From the NCBI GenBank assembly GCA_965216635.1, contig OZ244188.1:1152001-1216000 (forward strand): a stretch of DNA of 64,000 bases. The letters are read 5' to 3'. Positions 39,382-48,100 of this stretch are shown here, one piece after another. The position numbers were made by a program, and so were the translations under genes. The stretch's first letter is position 1; each line of letters begins with the position of its first letter. The stretch is from a bacterium. GTDB lineage: Bacteria; SAR324; XYD2-FULL-50-16; G965216635. The notes beneath the pieces are model-generated. The model was not told the origin of the DNA, made no database searches, and saw only the letters and a list, made by a program, of their open reading frames with translations.

Positions 39382-40752
39382 TTAACGAAAGCGCCAGATG
39401 AAATTTATGCTAATGCTGGCTGGATTTTTGATTTCTGCAGTTTGGTGGTGCTCCCTGGTCACAGTCTTTTTAGTGCTTGTAGTCGTTGTTGCGTTCACTA
39501 CACTGGGAATCGTCGCAGTAACCACTATTCTAGTATCATACCCTCCAAATCTATCTCTTTTTACCGCCTCATAGTTATTTTCGTGTACTCCACCTTCCCG
39601 CTGCAGACCAACAATGACTCTCCTTTGGATAGTAGCACCAGTAGTAGGTAGAGTAGAAGTCGTAGTCTTAGTCGTAGGAGTAATGATCTGGGTATCCTGC
39701 ACCGCAAGATCCAGCCCTAGCCAAAATAAACCTACCTGAATCTGCAAGTTTTTTGTAACGGGATAATTGTAGGCAAAATGCAAGGCGGGTGCTGTGCCCG
39801 ACGCCGAGCCAAAAGAAGTGCCTAGTTTCGCACTCGCTAAACCTCCTCCTACAGAAAAACCGTAGGGTAGAAAGTAACGGGCTAAAAGTACCTGGGCTTG
39901 CAGCTTGTCGTCCCCTGCGCTCCATTGGAGTTGGTTGAAAGACAAGGAGTATTTTTCAAAGTTAAAACCGAACGAGATTCCTGTTCCCTTGAGGTTTGAG
40001 GTTTCTTCTGAGGTTTTGTCTGGTAGTGGTGTTGTGTCGTCTGATAGTATGTTTTCCTCTGGATCAGAGGGAGATAAAACAAACTCAAAAAAATCTTTAC
40101 AATCCGATGCACTAATATCAGTCGTTGTTGGCGTTGTATCTGCTAAGAGTTGCTTTAGACCAACTGTTAAGTCTGTCGCTTCATCGTAGCTAACCAAAGA
40201 GATGATATCTGGGGTATAATATCCTTGCACACCTCCTTGTATTCCCGAGCTATCTCCTTGCGTTATTTCACGGATCGTTCCATTCTCACACAATAATTCA
40301 GCATCTACTGTTGCAGTTTCTTTGAAATAATCTGGATCATTCGAACCAAACCTCGCTCTGTGTACGTCATCTGAAGCAAAGTTAGGCACAGTGGCGTGGT
40401 AGCTAGTAGCACCTACATCCTCAGTTACTAATTCGCTTACTTGCGTCCTTTCCTCACTTGTTATCCTGCTTGTTTTTTTGAGTTTTACATCCATCACAAA
40501 AGGACTAACACCAACAAACCAACCCTGCTGTCTTGCTTGTTCTCCTTCTTGGGCTTGCAGACTATTCGCCGCACCTACAAGAGAAAAGAGCAAACCCACG
40601 AAAAAGACAGCCTTAAACGAACCAGCAAACCTACCCATAACAGAACCTGCAAACCTACCCATAACAGAACCAGCACCCGATCCAGTAAAATTTTTACTAT
40701 TCATTTTACCAGTAATATTACCAGTAATTTTATTTGTAATTTTATTTGACAT
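39382..40752 (-). CDS. outer-membrane beta-barrel protein with variable loops (paralog 2)
   Basis: Same architecture as 9390; C-terminal ISINFIWRFR. Confidence 0.72.
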   Translation of the reverse strand: MSNKITNKITGNITGKMNSKNFTGSGAGSVMGRFAGSVMGRFAGSFKAVFFVGLLFSLVGAANSLQAQEGEQARQQGWFVGVSPFVMDVKLKKTSRITSEERTQVSELVTEDVGATSYHATVPNFASDDVHRARFGSNDPDYFKETATVDAELLCENGTIREITQGDSSGIQGGVQGYYTPDIISLVSYDEATDLTVGLKQLLADTTPTTTDISASDCKDFFEFVLSPSDPEENILSDDTTPLPDKTSEETSNLKGTGISFGFNFEKYSLSFNQLQWSAGDDKLQAQVLLARYFLPYGFSVGGGLASAKLGTSFGSASGTAPALHFAYNYPVTKNLQIQVGLFWLGLDLAVQDTQIITPTTKTTTSTLPTTGATIQRRVIVGLQREGGVHENNYEAVKRDRFGGYDTRIVVTATIPSVVNATTTTSTKKTVTREHHQTAEIKNPASISINFIWRFR

Positions 40753-41073
40753 TTTGTTTTTTAATTTAAATTAAACATTAAGAAAGAAAATATAGATCTA
40801 AAATCTATCTAAAAACCATCCAAAAACCATATAAGGTTTTTATAACTAGTTGTTTTATTTTGGCAAATTATCCTTTTAAAGTCAATACCCCCCAAAAAAT
40901 AAAAAGATAAAGAGAAAAAACTAAATAAAAAAACCATATTATTTTTTCTCTATTTGAAATTTGTCCAACTTTAGCATTATTAGGAAGGCATGCCTCCTGA
41001 GAAGATACCAGCAAAAAAATATCCCCTCGCCAAAATACATTTTGCAGCTAAGCTAAACTTTTCTGCTACTTTA

Positions 41074-41760
41074 TTAACTCAAAACTTTTAAAAGCTGCAA
41101 TACTGCCACAACCAGCCCACCAACTGCTAGCTGTGTTGAAATTCCTATAATCAATAGAGCGTTTTTGTGTTTTTCTGCTTCTGTTCTCATTTTTTCTATT
41201 TTTAAGTCTGTATCGTTTTTGCTGTCTGTTATTGTTCTGTCTGTATCGTTTTTATTTTTTGTTATTGTTTTTTCTAGGTCGCTTTTGGTTTCTACGATTT
41301 TACTCTCAATATCTTTCAGTTTTAGGTTTGTTTCGTTTCTGTTGTCTGTTATTATTTTTTCCAGGTCGTTTCTGTTGTCTGTTATTATTTTTTCCAGGTC
41401 GTTTCTGTTGTCTGTTATTATTTTTTCTAGGTCGTTTCTGTTGTCTGTTATTATTTTTTCTAGGTCGTTTCTGTTGTCTGTTATTATTCTGTCTGTATCG
41501 TTTTTGTTGTCTGCTATTATTCTTATCAAGTCGGTTTTGTTATCTGAAATGATGGATTCCAATCTCCAGATATCCCCTTTATCCGTAGGAAGAGTGGTAT
41601 CCAAACCCGTTTCTGTTGTACTAGAAGCCAAAGCTTTTGGGACCAGCTCTACAAACTCTCCAATAGCAATCTCTGCTCTCTTTTTTTCTGCACCTAGTCC
41701 AATCAAAAGATCGTAGATTTTGGTAGAAGTGAATTTTTGTGCTGTAGCTGTTCTTAACAT
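41074..41760 (-). CDS. Bdr/DUF1640-like coiled-coil repeat protein with C-terminal TM anchor (copy 1)
   Basis: Helical head, TDKGDI neck-like motif, 4 x DLEKIITDNRN, hydrophobic tail. Confidence 0.75.
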   Translation of the reverse strand: MLRTATAQKFTSTKIYDLLIGLGAEKKRAEIAIGEFVELVPKALASSTTETGLDTTLPTDKGDIWRLESIISDNKTDLIRIIADNKNDTDRIITDNRNDLEKIITDNRNDLEKIITDNRNDLEKIITDNRNDLEKIITDNRNETNLKLKDIESKIVETKSDLEKTITKNKNDTDRTITDSKNDTDLKIEKMRTEAEKHKNALLIIGISTQLAVGGLVVAVLQLLKVLS

Positions 41761-41947
41761 TTTATTTTTATAAGGTTTTTATAACTAGTTGTTTTATTTT
41801 GGCAAATTCTCTTTTTAAAGTCAAGCCCCCAAAAAAGAAAAAACCAAATAAAAAAACAAATGTATTGCAGGGGACATTTTTTTTGCTCCAAATGGTTGAC
41901 TAAGCAACCATTTTGAAAAAAAAACATCCCTTACAGGTTTTTTGCTC

Positions 41948-43276
41948 TTAACGAAAGCGCCAGATGAAATTTATGCTAATGGTGGCGGGATTTTTGATTT
42001 CTGCGGCTCGGTGGCGTCGCCCTCCGCTCACAGTCTTTGTAGTAGTGGTAGTCGTTGTTGTGCTCACTCCACTGGGAATCGTCGCAGTAACCACTATTCT
42101 AGTATCGTAGGAAGTTCTAGGATTATCTATTTCTATCGCAAAATAGTTATTTCCGTCATCACCACCTGACCGCTGCAGACCGAGGATGGCTCTCCTTTGT
42201 AAAGTAGGAGCAGTAGTAGTTAGAGCAGAAGTAGTAGTCGTAGGAGCAGCACTAATGATCTGGGTATCCTGCACCGCAAGATCCAGCCCTAGCCAAAATA
42301 AACCTACCTGGATCTGCAAGTTTTTTGTAACGGGATAATTGTAGGCAAAATGCAAGGCGGGGGCTGTGCCCGATGCCGAACCAAAAGAAGTGTTTAGCTT
42401 TGCGCTCGCTAAACCCCCTCCTACAGAAAGACCGTAGGGTAGAAAGTAACGGGCTAAAAGCACTTGGGCTTGCAGCTTGTCGTCTCCTGCGCTCCATTGG
42501 AGTTGGTTAAAAGACAAGGAGTATTTTTCAAAGTTAAAACCGACCGAGATTCCTGTTCCCTTGAGGTTTGAGGTTTCTTCTGTGATTTCTTCTGGTAGTG
42601 GTGTTGTGTCGTCTGAGACTGTGCGTGGCATTGAATTAGAAGAAGATAAACCAGACTCAAAAAAAGCTTTACAAAGAGGGGCTGCTGCAGCTTGACCCGT
42701 TGCTCCAGTGTCAATGGTTGTTGGCGTTGTATCTATTAAGAGTTGGCTTAGACCACTTGTTAAGTCTGTTGTTTCGTCGTAGCTCCTCAAATAGATGCTA
42801 TCTGGATCAAAGGTTGAGCCATCTACTACATCTCCTTCCGTTATTATGGGTATTGCACCGTTCTGACACAAGGATATAGCGTCTGCTGTTGCAGCATTAG
42901 CAACTGCTAGGCGGTTGTGTGCGGCACTCCCAAACCTCCCTGTGTGTATGTTATCTAAATAAAAATTAGGCACAGTGGCGTCGTAGATAGTAGCAGCTAC
43001 ATTCTCAGTTACTAATTCGCTTACTTGTGTCCTTTCCTCACTTGTTATCCTGCTTGTTTTTTTGAGTTTTACATCCATCACAAAAGGACTAACCCCCACA
43101 AACCAACCCTGCTCTCTCTCCTGTGCCTGTAAATTTCCTACCCCTGCTACAAGAGAAAAAAGCAAACCTACGAAAAACACACCCATAAACGAGCCAGCAC
43201 CCGATCCAGTAAAATTTTTACCAGTAATTTTACCTGTAATATTACCAGTAATTTTATTTGTAATTTTATTTGACAT
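41948..43276 (-). CDS. outer-membrane beta-barrel protein with variable loops (paralog 3)
   Basis: Barrel blocks near-identical to paralog 2, loops divergent. Confidence 0.72.
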   Translation of the reverse strand: MSNKITNKITGNITGKITGKNFTGSGAGSFMGVFFVGLLFSLVAGVGNLQAQEREQGWFVGVSPFVMDVKLKKTSRITSEERTQVSELVTENVAATIYDATVPNFYLDNIHTGRFGSAAHNRLAVANAATADAISLCQNGAIPIITEGDVVDGSTFDPDSIYLRSYDETTDLTSGLSQLLIDTTPTTIDTGATGQAAAAPLCKAFFESGLSSSNSMPRTVSDDTTPLPEEITEETSNLKGTGISVGFNFEKYSLSFNQLQWSAGDDKLQAQVLLARYFLPYGLSVGGGLASAKLNTSFGSASGTAPALHFAYNYPVTKNLQIQVGLFWLGLDLAVQDTQIISAAPTTTTSALTTTAPTLQRRAILGLQRSGGDDGNNYFAIEIDNPRTSYDTRIVVTATIPSGVSTTTTTTTTKTVSGGRRHRAAEIKNPATISINFIWRFR

Positions 43277-43742
43277 TTTATTTTTTAATTTAAATTAAAC
43301 ATAAGAAAATATAGATCTAAAATCTATCTAAAAACCTTATAATATTATAATTCTCCTTTGAAGTCAATACTAAAAAAGATATTTTCACCTTAAAAATATT
43401 CAAATTCTACCTAAAAACATCATAGCAATCAAACTTATTTTGGCAAATTCTATCTAAAAACCTTATAATAATCAAATTTATTTTGGCAAATTCTCTTTTT
43501 AAAGTCAATACCCCAAAAAAGAAAAACCCAAATAAAAAAACAAGTGCATTGCAGGGGACATTTTTTTACAAAGTAAAAATGTGTCCCCGTTCTTAAATAA
43601 GATGTTTTGGTGGAATGCGGGGACACATTTTTTTCCCAAAATGGTTGAATAAGCAAAAAAAATGTCCTCCAGGTTGGGGGAAAAAAAATATCCCCTCGCC
43701 AAAATACATTTTGCAGCTAAGCTAAACTTTTCTGCTACTTTA

Positions 43743-44624
43743 TTAACTCAAAACTTTTAAAAGCTGTAATACAGCCACAACCAGCCCACCAACTGCTAGC
43801 TGTGTTGAAATTCCTATAATCAATAGAGCGTTTTTGTGTTTTTCTGCTTCTGTTCTCATTCTTTCTATTTTTAAGTCTGTATCGTTTTTGCTGTCTGTTA
43901 TTGTTCTGTCTGTATCGTTTTTATTTTTTGTTATTGTTTTTTCTAGGTCGCTTTTGCTTTCTACGATTTTACTCTCAATATCTTTCAGTTTTAAGTCTGT
44001 AGCGTTATTGCTGTCTACGATTTTACTCTCGATATCTTTCAGTTTTAAGTCTGTAGCGTTACTGCTGTCTACGATTTTACTCTCAATATCTTTCAGTTTT
44101 AAGTCTGTAGCGTTATTGCTGTCTACGATTTTACTCTCAATATCTCTCAGTTTTAGGTTTGTTTCGTTTTTGTTGTCTGTTATTATTTTTTCTAGGTCGT
44201 TTCTGTTGTCTATTATACTTTTTTCTAGTTCGTTTCTGTTTTTTGTTATTATTTTTTCTAGGTCGTTTCTGTTGTCTGTTATTATTTTTTCCAGGTCGTT
44301 TCTGTTGTCTGTTATTATTTTTTCCAGGTCGTTTCTGTTGTCTGTTATTATTCTGTCTGTATCGTTTTTGTTGTCTGCTATTATTCTTATCAAGTCGGTT
44401 TTGTTATCTGAAATGATGGATTCCAATCTCCAGATATCCCCTTTATCCGTAGGAAGAGTGGTATCCAAACCCGTTTCTGTTGTACTAGAAGCCAAAGCTT
44501 TTGGGACCAGCTCTACAAACTCTCCAATAGCAATCTCTGCTCTCTTTTTTTCTGCACCTAGTCCAATCAAAAGATCGTAGATTTTGGTAGAAGTGAATTT
44601 TTGTGCTGTAGCTGTTCTTAACAT
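43743..44624 (-). CDS. Bdr/DUF1640-like coiled-coil repeat protein (copy 2)
   Basis: 5 x 11-aa units and 3 extra 18-aa units relative to copy 1. Confidence 0.75.
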   Translation of the reverse strand: MLRTATAQKFTSTKIYDLLIGLGAEKKRAEIAIGEFVELVPKALASSTTETGLDTTLPTDKGDIWRLESIISDNKTDLIRIIADNKNDTDRIITDNRNDLEKIITDNRNDLEKIITDNRNDLEKIITKNRNELEKSIIDNRNDLEKIITDNKNETNLKLRDIESKIVDSNNATDLKLKDIESKIVDSSNATDLKLKDIESKIVDSNNATDLKLKDIESKIVESKSDLEKTITKNKNDTDRTITDSKNDTDLKIERMRTEAEKHKNALLIIGISTQLAVGGLVVAVLQLLKVLS

Positions 44625-44887
44625 TTTATTTTTAAATAGTTTCTATAGTTGGTTGTTTTATTTTACTGTCTTATTTTAGCAAATGTTCCTTTAAAGTCAA
44701 GTCCCCCAAAAAATAAAAAGATAAAGAGAAAAAACTAAATAAAAAAACCATACTATTTTTTCTCTATTTGAAATTTGTCCAACTTTAGCATTATTAGAAA
44801 GGCACGCCTCCTGAGAAGATACCAGCAAAAAAATATCCCCTCGCCAAAATACATTTTGCAGCTAAGCTAAACTTTTCTGCTACTTTA

Positions 44888-45628
44888 TTAACTCAAAACT
44901 TTTAAAAGCTGTAATACAGCCACAACCAGCCCACCAACTGCTAGCTGTGTTGAAATTCCTATAATCAATAAAGCGTTTTTGTGTTTTTCTGCTTCTGTTC
45001 TCATTTTTTCTATTTTTAAGTCTGTAGCGTTATTGCTGTCTACGATTTTACTCTCAATATCTTTCAGTTTTAAGTCTGTAGCGTTATTGCTGTCTACGAT
45101 TTTACTCTCAATATCTTTCAGTTTTAGGTTTGTTTCATTTTTGTTGTCTGTTATTATTTTTTCTAGGTCGCTTCTGTTTTTTGTTATTATTTTTTCTAGG
45201 TCGTTTCTGTTTTTTGTTATTATTTTTTCTAGGTCGTTTCTGTTGTCTGTTATTATTTTTTCTAGGTCGTTTCTGTTGTCTGTTATTATTTTTTCCAGGT
45301 CGTTTCTGTTGTCTGTTATTATTTTTTCCAGGTCGTTTCTGTTGTCTGTTATTATTCTGTCTGTATCGTTTTTGTTGTCTGCTATTATTCTTATCAAGTC
45401 GGTTTTGTTATCTGAAATGATGGATTCCAATCTCCAGATATCCCCTTTGTCCGTAGGAAGAGTGGTATCCAAACCCGTTTCTGCTGCACTAGAAGCCAAA
45501 GCTTTTGGGACCAGCTCTACAAACTCTCCAATAGCAATCTCTGCTCTCTTTTTTTCTGCACCTAGTCCAATCAAAAGATCGTAGATTTTGGTAGAAGTGA
45601 ATTTTTGTGCTGTAGTTGTTCTTAACAT
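44888..45628 (-). CDS. Bdr/DUF1640-like coiled-coil repeat protein (copy 3)
   Basis: 6 x 11-aa units plus 18-aa units; lacks two distal 11-aa units. Confidence 0.75.
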   Translation of the reverse strand: MLRTTTAQKFTSTKIYDLLIGLGAEKKRAEIAIGEFVELVPKALASSAAETGLDTTLPTDKGDIWRLESIISDNKTDLIRIIADNKNDTDRIITDNRNDLEKIITDNRNDLEKIITDNRNDLEKIITDNRNDLEKIITKNRNDLEKIITKNRSDLEKIITDNKNETNLKLKDIESKIVDSNNATDLKLKDIESKIVDSNNATDLKIEKMRTEAEKHKNALLIIGISTQLAVGGLVVAVLQLLKVLS

Positions 45629-45644
45629 TTTATTTTTATAAGGT

Positions 45645-45985
45645 TTTTTGAATTTGCGTTCTGTTTAGCCAAAACAAGCTTATTGCTTGACTCTTTTTAT
45701 GGGCTATTTGTGAAACAGCCAAAGGGCTGTTTCACAGTTCATTCTTGCTTAATGCAAGGTCTATAGTATTTTTTACTACGCCATTAAAAAAAATTTTTAA
45801 CTCTTGAAATACTCTCTTATTGCTATCTATTTCATAAGGGTTATAGCAAAAGCTCCACTGGAGCTTTTGCATTTTATTTATACAGGATATTAAATTTTGT
45901 AGAATTTTTGTTCTACGATATTCCAGCGAGCTAAAAATTTTTTTCGCCTTGCCTAGCCGTCACATAACGCAAATTCAAATATCTA
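45645..45985. mobile_element. large composite palindromic element between promoter module and coiled-coil copy 3
   Basis: Shared ends; GTGAAACAGCC..GGCTGTTTCAC module and a GCAAAAGCTCCACTGGAGCTTTTGC module inserted in the core loop. Confidence 0.88.
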
Positions 45986-46210
45986 TAAAAGTTTCTATAG
46001 TTGGTTGTCTTATTTTAGCAAATGTTCCTTTAAAGTCAAGTCCCCAAAAAATAAAAAGGCAACCAAAAGATAGACAAAAAGGTGAAAATAAAAACAAAAA
46101 GAGAAAAATCACAAAAAACTAAATAAATAAACTACCTTATTTAGATTTTTGAATTTGCCAAATAGAACAAAACTAAATGTGACGGCAGATCGTCTTTTTG
46201 CTTTTTAGTT

Positions 46211-47002
46211 TTATAGCAGGCTTTTGCTGAAAAAATCAATAATAGTTTTATTAAAAGAATTTTGTTTTTCAAGATGGGCATTGTGATAACAGTTTTCAAA
46301 TATAATAAATTTTGAATTATGGATTTTTTGGTGAAGTTTTTGTAGACGATGGGGAGCGTAGGTTCTATCTTTTGCAGCAGCTATAATTAAAGTATCATTA
46401 TTGATTTTATTTATTTGCTCGTCAAGATCAAAGGATTTCATTGCTTCAAGGGCATTGATAATATTTTTTATAGAAATTTCACCACCGCACTCTAGGCAAT
46501 TTTTAAAATATTTGTCTTTATCTCCTTTCTGAAACCAAGTTTTACAACAGTTGTATCTTGTTGCTGCAATACCATTTTTTATAAACTTTTCTTTAGTCTT
46601 ATCAAAACTTTCAAATCTTTCTGGTAGATTGCCTGAAGAATTTGTAGCGTAGAGTATTAATTTTTTGATTTTATGAGAATCTAGTAGTGCCATTTGCAAA
46701 GCAACCATACCTCCCATTGAATGTCCTAAAAGATGGTAACGGGATATTTTTAGTTGCTTAATCGTTTGAATGACCTGTAAAGCTATTTCATAGATACTGT
46801 TGGGTGTTGTTACTAAATTGCTCTTCGCAAAACCTGGTAAATCAATGGTGATGATATTGATAGATTTTGACAGTATAGATTTTGATAGTGTTTTGATATT
46901 GGGAGCGAATAAATCTCCTCCACATAAAAAGCCATGTAGCATAATCAAGGCAATGCCATCTTGTGCCTTATATTTACACGTATATTTTTTATAGGCTAGC
47001 AT
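46211..47002 (-). CDS. alpha/beta hydrolase
   Basis: LHGF, IDLPGF, GHSMGG, H.AHLE. Confidence 0.92.
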   Translation of the reverse strand: MLAYKKYTCKYKAQDGIALIMLHGFLCGGDLFAPNIKTLSKSILSKSINIITIDLPGFAKSNLVTTPNSIYEIALQVIQTIKQLKISRYHLLGHSMGGMVALQMALLDSHKIKKLILYATNSSGNLPERFESFDKTKEKFIKNGIAATRYNCCKTWFQKGDKDKYFKNCLECGGEISIKNIINALEAMKSFDLDEQINKINNDTLIIAAAKDRTYAPHRLQKLHQKIHNSKFIIFENCYHNAHLEKQNSFNKTIIDFFSKSLL

Positions 47003-47046
47003 TGAAAATTTTTAAGAGTAGGGGCGGGTATAGCTCGTACTTTGGT

Positions 47047-48099
47047 CTAGGATTGGGCTGATTTAAATTTTTGGTAGACTTCTTCAGTCGTTTTTGCAGG
47101 ATCAATAAAACTATCTAGATAACCCGAAATTGCTTGGGCTCCGCCCGTATGTAAGAATACTATTACTTGATTTTTTTCAAAATAATTTTTCCGTACTAAA
47201 TCTATTAAACCCGCAAAACCTTTTCCTGAATAAACTGGATCTAGTAAAATACCTTCTGATTTTGCTAAAATCTCAATGGCTTCTATTGTGCTTGGGGTGG
47301 GAAATCCATACCCTTCTCCAATATAATCACAATTGATAACAATATCATCTGCAATGATTTTTTGTTCAATCTGGAGATGTTGTGCCGTCTCTATAGCACA
47401 TTTTAAAACTTTATCTTGTTGGGCTTGATAAGGAGCATTAACACCTATACCTAAAACTGGAATTTTTGCGTTCATAGCCTTAATACCAGTCACTAGACCT
47501 GCTTGTGTTCCCGCAGAACCAGTAGCATGCACAATCATATCTATTTTCAACCCTAACCTATTTGCTTGATTGACTAATTCAAAAGCAGCCTGTGCGTAAC
47601 CTAGTGCGCCTATAGCATTGGAACCTCCTCCAGGGATAACATAAGCATTTTGTTTGTTATCCATTTTTAATTTTTTTGCTAATGCTTCCATTTCTTTTTG
47701 CATATCTGTGCCTTTGGGGTATTTTTCCATAGTTGCACCAAATAGATAATCCAGCAAAACATTCCCATTGAGTAAGTGGTTTCTTTCTTCTATTTTGGTG
47801 CGATTTTCAAATAAAACATAGCACTTTAGGTTATATCTTGCAGCAATAGCGGCTGTTTGCTTGACATGATTGGATTGAATAGCCCCTTGTGTAATGATAG
47901 TATCTGCTTTTTTTTGCAGCGCATCTGCTATAAGAAATTCTAGTTTTCTAGTTTTATTGCCGCCACCAGCCAGTCCTGTGCAATCGTCCCGCTTGATCCA
48001 TACTTGTGGTCCTGCCATTTTTTTGGAAAAATGTTCTAGTTTTTCAAGCGGAGTTGGTAAGTGGGCAAAAAATAACCTCGGGTATTTTGAAAAGTGCAT
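47047..48099 (-). CDS. PLP-dependent D-cysteine desulfhydrase/cysteate sulfo-lyase family enzyme
   Basis: IKRDDCTG.A.GGNK.RKLEF, QSNH, IPGGGSN, LDPVYSGK, FLHTGG. Confidence 0.92.
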   Translation of the reverse strand: MHFSKYPRLFFAHLPTPLEKLEHFSKKMAGPQVWIKRDDCTGLAGGGNKTRKLEFLIADALQKKADTIITQGAIQSNHVKQTAAIAARYNLKCYVLFENRTKIEERNHLLNGNVLLDYLFGATMEKYPKGTDMQKEMEALAKKLKMDNKQNAYVIPGGGSNAIGALGYAQAAFELVNQANRLGLKIDMIVHATGSAGTQAGLVTGIKAMNAKIPVLGIGVNAPYQAQQDKVLKCAIETAQHLQIEQKIIADDIVINCDYIGEGYGFPTPSTIEAIEILAKSEGILLDPVYSGKGFAGLIDLVRKNYFEKNQVIVFLHTGGAQAISGYLDSFIDPAKTTEEVYQKFKSAQS

Positions 48100-48100
48100 A

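Noticed and set aside
39382..43276. Diversity-generating retroelement (TR/VR pair)
   Set aside because: Both copies are full ORFs, differences include indels and are not adenine-restricted, and no reverse transcriptase is present
43450..43702. Two short minus-strand ORFs
   Set aside because: They run through the promoter and inverted-repeat modules and are not preserved in homologous blocks
41165..45584. Plus-strand hydrophobic repeat ORFs (41165, 41232, 43834, 44159, 44979, 45130)
   Set aside because: Antisense shadows of the repeat coding sequence; the minus frame has the promoter, head domain and TM tail
38963..46140. Integron cassette array
   Set aside because: No integrase, no convincing attC R''/R' boxes seen, genes carry their own promoters and are paralogs
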